Source: Squalus acanthias
Lineage: Eukaryota
Assembly: GCA_030390025.1 (NCBI GenBank)
Contig: CM059432.1
Span: forward strand, 82,400,001 to 82,464,000
DNA: 64,000 bases
Direction: 5' to 3'
Each line of letters starts with the position of its first letter. Positions within the stretch are counted from its first letter, which is position 1. Positions 1-12,439 of the stretch are shown here, one piece after another. The notes under the pieces are model-generated. The model was not told where the DNA came from, ran no database searches, and was given only the letters and a program-made list of their open reading frames with translations. The position numbers were made by a program, and so were the translations under genes.

Positions 1-134
1 TGGGCAACTTTCTGCAACTCCAGCAGCTTTATTAACTTCTTTCAAGGTTCTAAGGTAACAGAGAGTGTTGGGGAAAGTGGAGAACACCTTCATTCTGATT
101 TAATGGCTTCTGCTCACAACACTTGCTCACATTC

Positions 135-1298
135 ATGGGGGCTGTACTGGTAGTCCCCCTCGCACCCGAGTATCTTAGCGAGAGGGAGCGGAGGCAGCGA
201 CGAAGAGATGATGCGCGCAGAGGGAGGCGGAGGAGGGCTCTCAACAGGAGGCCTTACCCACCTAGGGTCTTCTGAGAGCACTTCTCTTATATCCACTTAA
301 GCAAGGAGCCGTGTATTAGGAGGCTCCGCTTCACCAAGGAGGTGGTCCTAAAATTCTGCCACCTCCTGCAACCAGACCTGCAGCCTGAGAGCAGGGTGAC
401 CACGGCTCTCCCAGTGGCAGTCAAGGTCACCGTGGCCCTCAATTTCTTCGCCAGCGGATCCTTCCAGTCTGCAGCAGGAGACATAGCTAACATCTCACAG
501 TTTGCCGCCCATTGCTGCATCCAGCAGGTCACCGCGGCTCTCTACACCAAGAGAAGGGACTACGTTTTCTTCTCTCTGAGCAGAGAAGCAGGACTAGCGC
601 GTATGTGGCTTTGCCAGGATAGCGGGCTTCCCCATGGTGCAGGGCGCCGTCGACTGCACCCACGTGGTTTTGCAGGCGCCACATAACAATCCTGAGATTT
701 TCCGTAACCGTAAAGGCTACCACTCACTTAATGTGCAGTTGATGTGTGACCACGCCCAGTGCTTCCTGATGGTCAATGCCCACTATCCTGGCAGCAGTCA
801 TGATGCCTTCATCCTACGTCAGTCCGGTGTGCCAGCAATCTTCCAGCCACCACATGAAACTCGAGGGTGGCTGCTTGGAGACAAGGTCTATCCGCTCTGC
901 ACCTGGCTGATGACTCCCCTCTGCAACCCCACCACTCGTTCCCAGCACTCTTCTGATAAGAGCCATGCTGCCACCAGGAACATCATCGAGCAGACTATCG
1001 GGCTACTGAAGCAACGGTTCCGCTGCCTTGACTGCTCGGGGGTAGCCCTCCAGTACTCACCGGAGCGGGTGTCTCATTTCGTGGTGGGCTGCTGCATGCT
1101 TCACAACTTGGCCATCATGAGGGCACAGCCCTTGCCAGCAGGGATTGCGGGACCACCTCAGGAGGAGGACGAGGGAGAGGAGGAGGAGGAAGAGGAAGAT
1201 GAGCAGGAGGAGGAGGACGAGGAGGGAGGAGGCAGGTAGCCAAACCCATTTCCAGACAGGCTGTCCGTCAACACCTCATCAGACTCCGATTCCAATAA
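135..1298 (+). pseudogene. Harbinger (HARBI1-like) DDE transposase, disrupted
   Basis: ATG 135 is in frame with ORF 342-686 (ALPVAVKVTVALNFFASGSFQ), with an intervening TGA. A frameshift near 590 leads into ORF 634-1239 with GAVDCTHV, NRKGYHSLNVQ, PGSSHDAFIL, LLGDKVY, IEQTIGLLKQRFRCL and CCMLHN, then an acidic tail and AVRQHLIRLRFQ*. Confidence 0.9.
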
Positions 1299-1581
1299 AT
1301 GAAACCCCAGATCCCCGTTGCTCACCACATCCCCATCATACCATCCCTCTGTCACGAAATATCACAGCGTCCTCCTGGGCACAAAGCTGAAATGAGAGAC
1401 ACCACAAAAGGTTCCAAACAAAATTAATAAATTTATCAAAAAACAGTTTACACATATGATATCAACTAATCACCCTTGTGCAATCCTTAGTGCCTGTCGT
1501 TCGGGTGCCATTTCCTGATCTAGTGCTCCTACGAAGTGCTCCCCCAGTGGCTGCAGCATGGCTGGTGGAAGGCTGCTGTGT

Positions 1582-3357
1582 TTACGTGGCCAAGACTTCA
1601 GATGGCCTTGCAGGATGACCTCGAGCAGCTCTGGCCCTAGAAGGCCCGGCTGTAGACTGCACCACCTCGGCATAGGCAGAAGCAGTCTGGGCTGGCTGGC
1701 TGACAGGCAGCAGCAAGGGCAATGGTGGAGTGGCAGTGGTGGGAACAGGAATGCTGTCATCCTGAGAGAGGACAGCAGGGTCCTGCTCCACTGATCCACT
1801 GCCACTCCCCCGGGGCAGCACCTCAGCATCCCTAGCAATCTGTTGGAGCACGTATTGCTGGGCTGCTGCGACACCCTGCAAGCCCCGGTCGACACTGGTA
1901 AACCCAACCACAATGGCAGCAGTCTGATCTTGGGTGGCAGCAAGCTGAGACTGCATTAGAGCGGTCTGCGCTTCCGCTGCAGCACTAAGACGTTGGGCCG
2001 CTTCCGCCTGTGCTGCAATGGCAGCTGCAACATCGCCCATCACACCCAGCATCATGTCTGGGTCGACACGGTCTCTTCGGGAGTTTTCCATCATTCCCAG
2101 CCTGGAAATCCTGGACTCCAAGCTCTGCGCAAAGGCCCATGGAATGTTGGAGACTCTTCCATGCTTCTTGACATTGTCAAGAAGCTCTGTGGCAGGCTTG
2201 CCATTGCACCTGGCAGTTTGGTGTGCATGCCCATCACTCTTCTTCTGAAGGTCTCCCCATCAAGGTCCTCATCTGAGTCGTGTGCAGCAGAACTCACGCG
2301 CGAACTCACCCTCCGGGGAGCTGGCCCCCGAACTACCCTATCCCCCGGTCTTGCTGCAGCCCACTCGTGCCCAGCGCCTCACCCTGTGCAGATCCCGCTT
2401 CTACACTAGTCTCTAAATTATGCGCAGTGCCAGTTTCTGAGTTGGTGTCTGCGAGTGACACATGCAGTGACGCTGTGTCTTCTTCTTCTCCCCCCTTTCT
2501 CTCCTCCATCGCCTGGGGGACAGGCTGGTCTGGTGCATTAGCTGAAAGCAGAAAGGTGAGGGAAGAGGGGGGAAGCAAGATATGCATGCATACGGCATTA
2601 GTAGCTTAAAAGTGAAAAGAGATTGTGGGATGAGGGGGAAGTGGGATGTGAGAAGAAGGATTAGGAATGAGCATACCACTGTTGTCCCCAAGGGCTTCAA
2701 GCTTGCCAGTTGCCACGGCCTCCATGATCTGCCACCCAATCATCTCCAGCACTCGCTCCTCCAGTTGGCTGAGATCCTGGATGGCAACTTGCCCCGCCCC
2801 CATCACATGTCTGCCGCTGCTCCCTCCTGTTATACGTGACCTAGGCCTGCAAGAGAAAGGAAAGTGTGTGAGTAATTGTGGTGCAATGTGTTTGGGCGAT
2901 ACGCCTGTCATAGTTGAATAGCTGTCAGTGTGTGCAAGGTGTAAGTGTTGCAGCAGTGGTAAGGTTGTGAGGGTGAAGTGAAGCTATGATTGTGAGGTCT
3001 GAGTGGGGATCGGTAGCGATTGTTGGTAGGTAAGTGATGGTGTGGTGCATTGAGCAGTGTGTGAGGTTTGTGGTGCAGATGCTGGGATACGGCATTTGCT
3101 GAAGCCTTCACTCACCTTGACCTGCCGTGTGAGGTCATTAAAATTCTTGCGGCACTGGATCGCCGACCTGGGGACCACAGTGCTGGCCATCACATAGGCG
3201 GCTATCTCCTGCCAGAGCCTTCGAGATGTATGGGACGAGGGCTTCCTGCCAGTCTGCGAGAAGAGGACAGCCCACCAACATTCCAAGGCCACCACCAGTG
3301 CTTCAGAGCCACGTCGGAGAATCTGCAGGCTCTCTCCCTATGCTGAGGCTCAGCCAT
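1582..3357 (-). pseudogene. Harbinger Myb/SANT-like DNA-binding protein gene, three exons, disrupted
   Basis: Exon 1 3357-3116 (MAEPQHRERACRFSDVAL...WQEIAA...RSAIQCRKNFNDL; donor GTGAG). Exon 2 2846-2677 (acceptor ttgcAG, donor GTATGC). Exon 3 from 2541 (tttcAG) runs through an Ala/Gln coiled-coil-like region to stop 1582. Stops and frameshifts present. Confidence 0.8.
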
Positions 3358-3875
3358 CTGCTTCCAATGCCATCTTCTTCCAGGTGAAGTTGGAACTGGA
3401 TTGACAATGAGGTGCTGTAGCATCACTGCACCTCCCCTTTAAGTACTGAATAAAGCCTGTGCGAAACATGACTGGGAATTAGACTGGGCCCGATACTGGC
3501 CCACCTGGTGAGCGGTAAGCCAATGAGCAGCGGTTTTAGTGCTGAGATCAAGACGATAATGATGGTAATGAGGTCTGAGCACAAATTTTGTGTGCTACAT
3601 AGACCATTTTGACCCGGCACAGCTTAACATCATTGGGCCATGACACCGCCCATTTTGTGGCCATATCCAATTATTAGCCCAAACAGCCTGCAAAGGGATA
3701 TAGAAAAGGTTAAATGAGTGGGCAATAAGGTGGCAGATGGAGTATAATGTGGGGAAATGTGAGGTTATTTACTTCGGTAGGAAGAATAGAAAAACAGAAT
3801 ATTTTTTAAATGGTGAGAAACTATTCAATGTTGGTGTTCAGAGAGATTTAGGTGTCCTCGTACAGGAAACACAGA

Positions 3876-6800
3876 GGTGGGTATTTTGAGGGGGGGGGGG
3901 GTCAGCAGGGCGCTTTTGGTGGCGGGTCGGGTGGGGGGAAAAAATGTTTTGACAGTGGGTAGGGAACCCACTGCCAACCCGCCGCCACGCTAGTTTCCCA
4001 GATGTCGGGTCTGTCATCGCTGAACAGACCCGACACCAAGCGGTGGGGGAGGCAATTTAGATGATTAAGAGCTTGTTAACAGACACTTAAAAACTATGTT
4101 AAGCTCACCTTTAAATTTTGCGAGTTCGTCCACGGGTTCCCCGCTGCTCGGGAATCACGTCAGGTAAGAAGGTCGGGAGTTGTGTCACCATGGGACCATT
4201 TCTTAACTTGACAGCTGAAAATGGTCTATAAAAGCTCCCATTTCATAGCTGTTCACTTTCCAAGGTCAGAAGCTGTTGCTCACTGCATTTGGAAGACGAA
4301 TTGAGCTTTATGCAGCTTGCAAGTGTTTGGAGCAAACTCTCTATCCAGTGTCACCTCATTGGAACAACCTCTCTCACCATTGACAAATCGCTTCTGTCAT
4401 CTCAACCTCACCTGCCATCTATTCCATCAGCATAGGTATGGTTTAAAAAATCTCACCTTGGTCCTCAGAATCCCACCACAATCAGCCCCAACATCAGCAG
4501 CACCAACAACAACATCCAACCTTCTCCGCAATCAACTGATGCTGCACAGGACACAGGGCATCAGCACCCAACCATGTTGCTGGCCGGGAGGCCAGGGATG
4601 GCCTCACCATGGCCAGATTTACTTCACTTGACACTGTCACCCTGGCTGCCACGTGATGCGCCAGGTTGGCACCACCCCACACCAACACCATAAAGCATCC
4701 CTACAATGCCCAAGCCATTCCTTTCACACTCACCACCATTGTGCGGGTACCGTTATGTCTCACCATTCACTGCAACTCACTAAGACACTTCCAAAGGTGC
4801 ACACAAATCTGTCCAAGAACGCAAAGTGTGGAAAATAAAGATATTAATGTTTGACAGCACATTAACAGAAACTTCACATGAACATTGGCTAAAACACCCA
4901 AGTGCCTACCCTTGTGTGTTGTTAGTTGGTATGATTGGACTAGGATGAGGGTGAATGTGAGGGGTGGTTAGTGAGATGGGGAAGTGATAATGTAGATAGA
5001 GAGAGATGGGTGGAGGTGAAAGGTAAGTTGATGTGAGTAAGGATGTGCAGGAGTAGGGTAGGGAAGGCAGAGTAATGGGGATGTGATGAGTGGCACAGCA
5101 GGATGAGGTTGAGTGTGGCTTTGCAGTAACCATGATCTACTGAGATCATTGAAAGGTTTGCGTCACTGCAGCCTGGTCCTCCTAACAACATCCCTGCTTG
5201 TGTCCTCCTGTGCAATGTGCAATCAGGCTGTGTTGATCTCCTGGGGTGATCTCTTCCGCCCATTGGAAGGGAAGAGGACCTCCCTGCATGCTGTGACTCC
5301 CTTCATAAGCATATGGAGGGAGTCATGGGAGAGCCTGGGTGCAGCCGTGCACCTCTGTGCAGTGCTTGTCAGTGTTTACAGCACCTCAAAGCTGTAGAAC
5401 ACTGACAGCACAACTGTCAAAATCAATTTGCACATGGTCCCTTTAAGGAAACCGGCTGATGACGCGTCATCAAGTGACATCATCATCAACAACAACAACT
5501 TGTATTTATATAGTGCCTTTAACGTAGTAAAACATCCCAAGGCGCTGCACAGGAGTATTTTAAGACAAAAAATTTGACACCGATCCACATAAGGATAAAT
5601 TAGGGCAGGTGACCAAAAGCTTGGTCAAAGAGGTAGGTTTTAAGGAGCGTCTTAAAGGAGGAAAGAGAGGTAGCGAGGCAGACAGGTTTAGGCAGGGAAT
5701 TCCAGAGCTTAGGGCCTAGGCAAAAGAAGGCACGGCCACCAAAGGTTGAGCGATTATAATTAGGGATCCTCAAGAGGGCAGAATTAGAGGAGCACAGATA
5801 TCTCAGGGGGTTGTGAGGCTGAAGGAGATTACAGAGATAGGGAGTGGCGAGGCCATGGAGGGATTTGAAAACAAGGATGAGACTTTTGAAATCGAGGCGT
5901 TGCTTAACCAGGAGCCAATGTAGGTCAGCGAGCACAGGGGTGATGGGCGAACGGAACTTGGTGCGAGTTAGGACACGGGCAGCCGAGTTTTGAATGACCT
6001 CAAGTTTACGTAGGGTGGAATGTGGGAGGCCAGCCAGAAGCGCATTGGAATAGTCAAGTCTAGAGGTAACAAAGGCATCAATGAGAGTTTCAGCAGCGGA
6101 TGAGCTGAGGCAAGGGCGGAGACGGGCGATGTTACGGAGGTGGAAGTAGGCGGTCATTTTTAAGCTGCAGATATGCTAATTTCAGGGTCAAATATGACAC
6201 CAAGGTGGCGAACAGTGTGGTTCAGCCTCAGACAGATGTTAGAGAGAGGGATGGCGTCAGTGGCTAGGGAACGGAGTTTGTGGCGGGAACTGAAAACAAT
6301 GGCCTTGGTTTTCCCAATATTTAATTGGAGAAAAATTTTGCTCATCCAGAACTGTATGTCGGACAAGCAGTCTGACAATATAGACACCGTGGAGGGGTCG
6401 AGAGAAGAGGTAGTGAGGTAGAGCTGGGCGTCGTCAGCGTACATGTGGAAACTGACGCTGTGTTTTCGGATGATATCGCCAAGGGGCAACATGTAGATGA
6501 GAAACAGGAGGGAGCCAAGGATAGATCCTTGGGAGACACCAGAGGTAACGATACGGGTGCGGGAAGAGAAGCCGTTGCAGGTGATTCTTTGGTTACGATT
6601 AGATAGATAAGAATGGAACCAGGCGAGTGCAGTCCCACCCAGCTGGACGACAGTTGAGGCGTTGGAGAAGGATGGAGTGGTCAATCGTGTCAAAGGCTGC
6701 AGACAAGTCAAGAAGGACAAGGAGGGATAGTTTACCTTTGTCACAGTCACAAAGGATGTCATTTGTGACTTTGATGAGAGCCTTTTCGGTACTGTGGCAA

Positions 6801-8141
6801 GGGCAGAAACCTGATTGGAGGTAAGGGTGGAGGAGACAGGGGAGAGGGGTTTAAGAAGACGGTTAGCAGTAGAGAATAGGAGCCGGGGTTTATCTTTGCA
6901 TTCCAGAATGATTCTGGAATAGTGAACAATTTTGGCAGATGAGAGCAGGACCCGATAGTGCTTTATGTGGTCCAGCCAGATCCGGCGGTGAATGGCTAAA
7001 CCAGTTGTCTGTCATATCTGTTCGAGTCTGCGTCCCTTGGACTTAAGGGAGTGAAGATGAGAGCCATACCAGGGGGAACGGCCAAGGTGAGAGAGAGTAA
7101 TTGTTTTAGTAGGGACTAGGGCATCAAAGATAGTGGTGAGGATGTGGTTGAGCAGATCGGTAGCTGCATAAATGTCATGGTGAATGGAGGGCCAGAGGCT
7201 GGACAGTTGGGATTTCATAAGTGCAGTTTTAAGAGAGCTGGGAGAGAGTTTTTTCCAGGGGCGGACACAGAAGGAAGTAGGGTTGAGGGGGGGGGGGTGG
7301 GTGGAAGGGGGGTGTAGGTGGAGAACGATATGAGGAAATGGTCAGAGATGGCCTTATCTGCAATTGACATGATGGGAGTAGCGAGGCCACGAGAGATGGC
7401 AAGGTCGAGAGGGTGGCCATGAATATGGATGGGGGAGTTTACATGGAGGGAGAGATTAAGGGATGATAGGAGGCTAGTGAACTCAGAGGAGAGAGAGCAT
7501 GATGAATTGAGATGGAGGTTGAAATCTCCGAGGATGAGAAGTCATTCGGTGCAGAGGCTGAGGGAGGAGAACAGTGAAGGTATATCAGTAATAACATTTT
7601 TATGGTACTTGGGTGGGCGGTAGAGAACAAGAATTTTAAATGAGAGGTGAGAGAGGTGGAATAAAGTGAGATGCTCAAAGGAGGAGAAACTGCCGGAGGA
7701 ATAGGGGGACAGACTTGGTGATTTGGTGATGAGAGTCACACCGCCACCACGGCGGTCTGAGCGGGGCAAGTGGTGGAAGGTATAGCCAGGTGGGGAGGCT
7801 TCATTTAAGGGTAAGGTGTCATCACCTCTCAACCAAGTTTCCGTCAGGGCCATGATATCGATGCAGTCATCCACGATAAGCTCATGGATGGCAAGGGCCT
7901 TTTTCGCAAGTGAACGGACATTCTGGAGGGAGATGCGGAGAGGGTCGGTGATGGCTGCCCCACTGCCAGCAACATCATCAGACCTGCTTCCTTCAATTGG
8001 CCAGGAAACGCACTGGGCCGGCTTAACAAGCCCAATAAGTGTAAGATCACTTTGGACAGCGGGCTGGAGCCAGCAGCGGGGTCGCAACCCCCCACCGACC
8101 CTGGCCTCACCGGACCTGCCGAGGTTGGGGAAATCGCGGCC
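3876..8141. mobile_element. Internally deleted Harbinger element containing an L2 insertion
   Basis: 3-bp TSD AGA (3873-3875, 8142-8144); termini GGTGGGTATTTT / GGCCGCGATTTC. Myb remnant on - at about 5140-5345 (AAPRLSHDSLHML...WLHIA-like...KPFNDL); transposase C-terminal remnant GREARDGLTMARF at about 4585-4625. Confidence 0.8.
5486..7971 (-). mobile_element. L2 LINE ORF2 (APE endonuclease and RT), 5'-truncated and internally deleted
   Basis: APE (LQNVRSL, MALTETWL, RGGGV), RT (GVSQGSILG, HMYADD, AFVTSRLDYSNALLAGLP) and an L2 tail ending in (TTG)n. Flanked by ACATCATCA at 5477-5485 and 7972-7980. Confidence 0.92.
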
Positions 8142-8823
8142 AGAGAGTTAGCATGCAGGTACAGCAAGCAATTAGGAATGCAAATGGCATGTTGGCCTTT
8201 ATTGCAAGGGAGTTGGAGTACAAGAGTAAGGAAGTCTTGCTACAATTGTACAGGGCTTTGGTGAGACCACAGCTGGAGTACTGTGCACAGTTTTGGTCTA
8301 TTTATCGGAAGAAGGATACACTTGTCTTAGAGGCGGTGCAACGAAGATTCACTAGATTGGTTCCTGGGATGAGAGGGTTGTCCTATGAGGAGAGATTGAG
8401 TAGATTGGGCCTATACTCTCTGGAGCTTAGAAGAATGAGAGGTGATCTCATTGAAACATATAAGATTCTGAGGGGGATTGACAGGGTAGATGCTGAGAGG
8501 TTGTTTCCCCTGGCTGGAGAGTCTAGAACTAGGGAGCATAGTCTCAGGATAAGGGGTCGGCCATTTAAGACTGAGATGAGGAGGAATTTCTTCACTCAGA
8601 GGGTTGTGTATCTTTGGAAATCTCTACCCCAATGAGCTGTGGATGCTGAAACGTTGAGTATATTCAAGGCTGAGATAGATAGATTTTTGGACTCTAGGGG
8701 AATCAAGGGATATGGAAGTCGAGCGGGAAAGTGGAGTTTAGGTCGAAGATCAGCCATGATCTTATTGAATGCCGGAGCAGGCTCGAGGGGCCGTATGGCC
8801 TACTCCTGCTCCTAATTCTTATG

Positions 8824-9225
8824 TCATCGCAGAGTAGCATGTAGATGAGAAATAGGAGGGGGCCAAGGATAGATCCTTGGGGGACACCAGAGGTAACGAT
8901 GTGGGAGTGGGAAGAGAAGCCATTGCAGGTGATTCTCTGGCTACGATTAGATGGATAAGAATGGAACCAGGCCAATGTAGTCCCACCCAGCTGGACGACG
9001 GTGGAGAGGTGTTGGAGGAGGATGGTGTGGTCAACCGTGTCAAATGCTGCAGACAGGTTGAGAAGGACGAGGAGGGAGAATTTACTTTTGTCACAGTCAC
9101 ATAGGATGTCATTTGTGACTTTGATAAGAGCTGTTTCGGTACTGTGGCAGGGGCGGAAACCTGATTGGAGGGATTCAAACATGGAGTTCTGGGAAAGATG
9201 GGCACGGATTTGGGAGGCGACAGCA
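8824..9225 (-). mobile_element. L2 LINE RT fragment (host of the CR1 to its left)
   Basis: [22 protein letters not shown]...SAAFDTVDH...GVPQGSILGPLLF; closely similar to the L2 at 6480-6820. Confidence 0.88.
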
Positions 9226-9446
9226 CAGGAAAAACAATGTTTTGAAGTGAATGGCATTTAGTTGGGTAAATTTCAAAAGAACTCTTACTTCAACAGCATG
9301 CCCTTGACTATCTAAGATTTTGTTATTCAGGTGCCTATCGACTTTGCAACATCAAACATTCCAATTATTAGCATGTTAAGCTGACATCAATGTTTTAACT
9401 CCAAATGTCAGCTTGTTAGCATTTTACATGGGCTTTTTTTCTCCGG

Positions 9447-9607
9447 GATTGGAGGCTGTTGGTATCAATCAATTAGATTAGTTGGAAGGTGGGGCTCGAG
9501 GCTATCAGAACCACAGATCAGTTGGAGGGTAGGACTGAAGGTTGTTAGAACCAATTAGATCAGTCGAAGGACAGGACTGGAGGTTGTCAGAACCAATCAA
9601 TCAGCTG
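9447..9607. repeat. Degenerate minisatellite, about 40-42 bp unit, about 4 copies
   Basis: Recurring unit GAGGTTGTCAGAACCAATTAGATCAGTTGGAGGGTAGGACTG with substitutions and indels. Confidence 0.7.
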
Positions 9608-10089
9608 TTATTTTCTTCCATTGCTGGTTGTGCACAAATTGAGACAGAAGGTTCCTGAAAGTCACAATTACAGGTGTGTTTATTTAGTATTTATTCCAAA
9701 AGAAGTTATATATAACACAGCTTTTTTTCTCCAAAGTTTTATTTCCTCTAAGTAACTATCCAGACACACCCAGCTGTTATGTAATATGAAGGTTTTTTCT
9801 CCAAGACTGGTTGCAGCTGCTTTTTTTATATAAGGAGGGTATTCCCTGGTGTGAATGCATTAACTGGCTTTATTTGAGCATTCCTGCTTCTGTGTAATAA
9901 CTGGGGACAGAATCTATACCATCCTTATTAGAACAGTCAAAATGCACAGCTAAATTTGAGGAGTGACATTAATAATCAGTAAGAAATAGTAGATTGCAAC
10001 CCTAAGACTGGAGGCAGTGGGCTGAATTTTCCACCTTTCTTGGATGGTTTCTCAGAAGTAAATAGTGGAAAAATGAGACAGTGAGTTGT

Positions 10090-11935
10090 CTAGAATCATA
10101 GAATGGTTACAGCACAGAAGGAGGCCATTCGGCCCATCAAGCCCATGCCGGCTCACTGCAAGACCACTTTAGCTAGTCCCACACCCCCGCCCTTTCCCCG
10201 TAGCCCTCCAAATTTTTATCCTTCAGGTTCCAATTCCCTTTTGAAAGCCACGATTGAATCTGCCTCCACCACCCTTTCAGGCAGTACATTCCAGATTCTA
10301 ACCACTCGCTGCGTAAAAAGGTTTTCCTCATGTCGCCTTTGGTTCTTCTGCCAATCACCTTAAATCTGTGTCCTCTGGTTCTCGACCCTTCCGCCAATGG
10401 GAACAGTTTCTCTCCATCTACTTTGTCTAGACCCCTCATGATTTTGAACACCTCTATCAAATCTCCTCTCAACCTCCTGTGCTCTAAGGAGAACAATCCC
10501 AGCTTCTCCAGTCTATCCACGTAACTGAAGTCCCTCATCCCTGGAACCATTCTTGTAAATCTTTTCTGCGCCCTCTCTAAGGCCTTCACATCCTTCCGAA
10601 AGTGCAGTGCCCAGAATGGGACAGAATACTCCAGTTGAGGTCGGACCAGTATTTTATAAAGGTTCATCATAACTTCCTTGCTTTTGTACTCTGTGCCTCT
10701 ATTTATGAAGCCCAGGATTTTGTATGTTTTTTTAACCGCTTTCTCAACCTGCCCTGCCACCTTCAACCATTTGTGCACATATACCCCAGGTCTCTCTGTT
10801 CATGCACCCCCTTTAGAATTGTACCCTTTGGCTTATATTGCCTCTCCTCGTTCTGCCTACCAAAATGTGTCACCTCGCACTTTTCTGCGTTAAATTTCAT
10901 CTGCCACGTGTCCGCCTATTCCACCAGCCTGTCTATGTCCTCTTGAAGTCTATCACAATCCTCCTCACTGTTCACTATACTTCCAAGTTTTGTGTCATGT
11001 GCAAATTTTGAAATTGTGCCCTGTACACACAAGTCCAAGTCATTAATATATATCAAGAAAAGCAGCGGTCCTAGTGCCGACCCCTGGGGAACACCACTGT
11101 ATACCTTCCTCCAGTCCGAAAATCAACCCTTCACCACTACGCTCGGTTTCCTGTCACTTAGCCAATTTCGTATCCATGCTGCCCCCTTATTCCATGGGCT
11201 TCAACTTTGCTGGCAAGCCTATTATATGGCACTTTATTAAACGCTTTTTGGAAGTCCAGGTACACCGCATTGCCCTCATCATCCCTCTCTGTTACCTCTT
11301 CAAAAAAACTCAATCAAGTTAGTTAAACACGATTTGCCTTTAACAAATCCGTGCTGGCTTTCCTTAATTAATCCACACTTGTCCAAGTGACTGTTCATTT
11401 TGTCTAGGATTATCGTTTCTAAAAGCTTCCCCACTACCGAGGTTAAACTGACTGGCCTGTAGTTGCTGGGTTTATCTTTACTCTCTTTTTTGAACAAGGG
11501 TGTAACATTTGCAATTCTCCAGTCCTCTGGCACCATCCACCTTTACTTCCCTCAGCATCCTAGGATACATCCCATCAGGTCCTGGTGACTTATCTACTTT
11601 AAGTACAGCCAGCTTTTCTAGTACCTCCTCTTTATCAATTTTTATCCCATCCAGTATCTCAACTACCTCCTCTTTCACTATGACTTTGGCAGCATCTTCT
11701 TCCTTGGTGAAGACAGATGCAAAGTACTCATTTAGTACCTCAGCCATGCCCTCTGCCTCCATGCGTAGGTCTCCATTTGGTCCCACCCCTCCTCTTACTA
11801 CCCGTTTACTATTTATATGCCTATAAAAGACTTTTGGATTCCCTTTTATGTTAGTTGCCATTCTATTCTCATACCCTCTCTTTGCCCCTCTTATTTCCTT
11901 TTTCACTTCCCCTCTGAACGTTCTATATTCAGCTA
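10090..11935 (-). mobile_element. CR1 LINE ORF2 3' half with tail
   Basis: KSPGPDG, VPEDWRIANVTPLFKK, NYRPVSLTSVVGK, QHGFVKGKSCLTNL, LVRPQLEY; tail (ATTCTATG)-like at 10090-10103. Confidence 0.92.
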
Positions 11936-12439
11936 TTCTATATATTTCTATAAAACTGCCTGCCAGTATTTTGCTCCCAGGAATCACCAGTGACTTAAGC
12001 CCCCGGAATGGAAATGGGTAGGAATGGTTCAGTACTATCCCTTTACCACCCCTAGGAAACAACGCTGCTTTAAATGTAGTGTGTAAAGGTCAATATGATG
12101 TCTAAGAGGTGATATAGCTGAATGAAGGCAATAGTTACTAAACCTTTTCTTACCTGCAGGTCTTTAGAAGATTGAGAAAGGACTGTGATATTTGGAGTTT
12201 ATTTATATTCTGTGCACGTAACAGTACTTCTGAAATTTAAAGTGAGTGCAGATTGTGGAGGGGGAAGTAGTGGGTTTCCCTATGAGAGTATTTTTATTCT
12301 TTTGTTATGACGAGGATGATGATGAGGATATGGAGGATGTCAAGATAAAAGCTAGGTGAATGAAGCATTACGGAAGGTTTCTCCAGCGGAGCTGTTGATA
12401 CACACTCGACATGGCTTAATGACCTCAGAGGTCATACCT

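Larger units (their letters stand above)
1..3680 (+). mobile_element. PIF/Harbinger DNA transposon with two convergent genes; left end outside window; inserted in a CR1
   Basis: Transposase on + and Myb/SANT gene on -. Right terminus ...aattattagccc (GGGCTAATAATT on -) abuts CR1 RT sequence at 3681. Confidence 0.88.
3681..8823 (+). mobile_element. CR1 LINE RT 3' part and tail, split by the insertion at 3876-8141
   Basis: RT C-terminus (LYRALVRPQLEYCAQFWS...RMRGDLIETYKI...RRNFFTQRVV) and tail ctcctaattcttatgt. Sequence on the two sides of the insert rejoins as gaaacacaga/gagttagcatgcagg. Confidence 0.9.

Noticed and set aside
634..1239. Host HARBI1 gene
   Set aside because: Stops and frameshifts, a convergent Myb partner, a TE terminus and insertion in a CR1 show it is a transposon copy.
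9447..9607. CRISPR-like array
   Set aside because: Units are tandem without unique spacers, there are no cas genes, and the context is eukaryotic.
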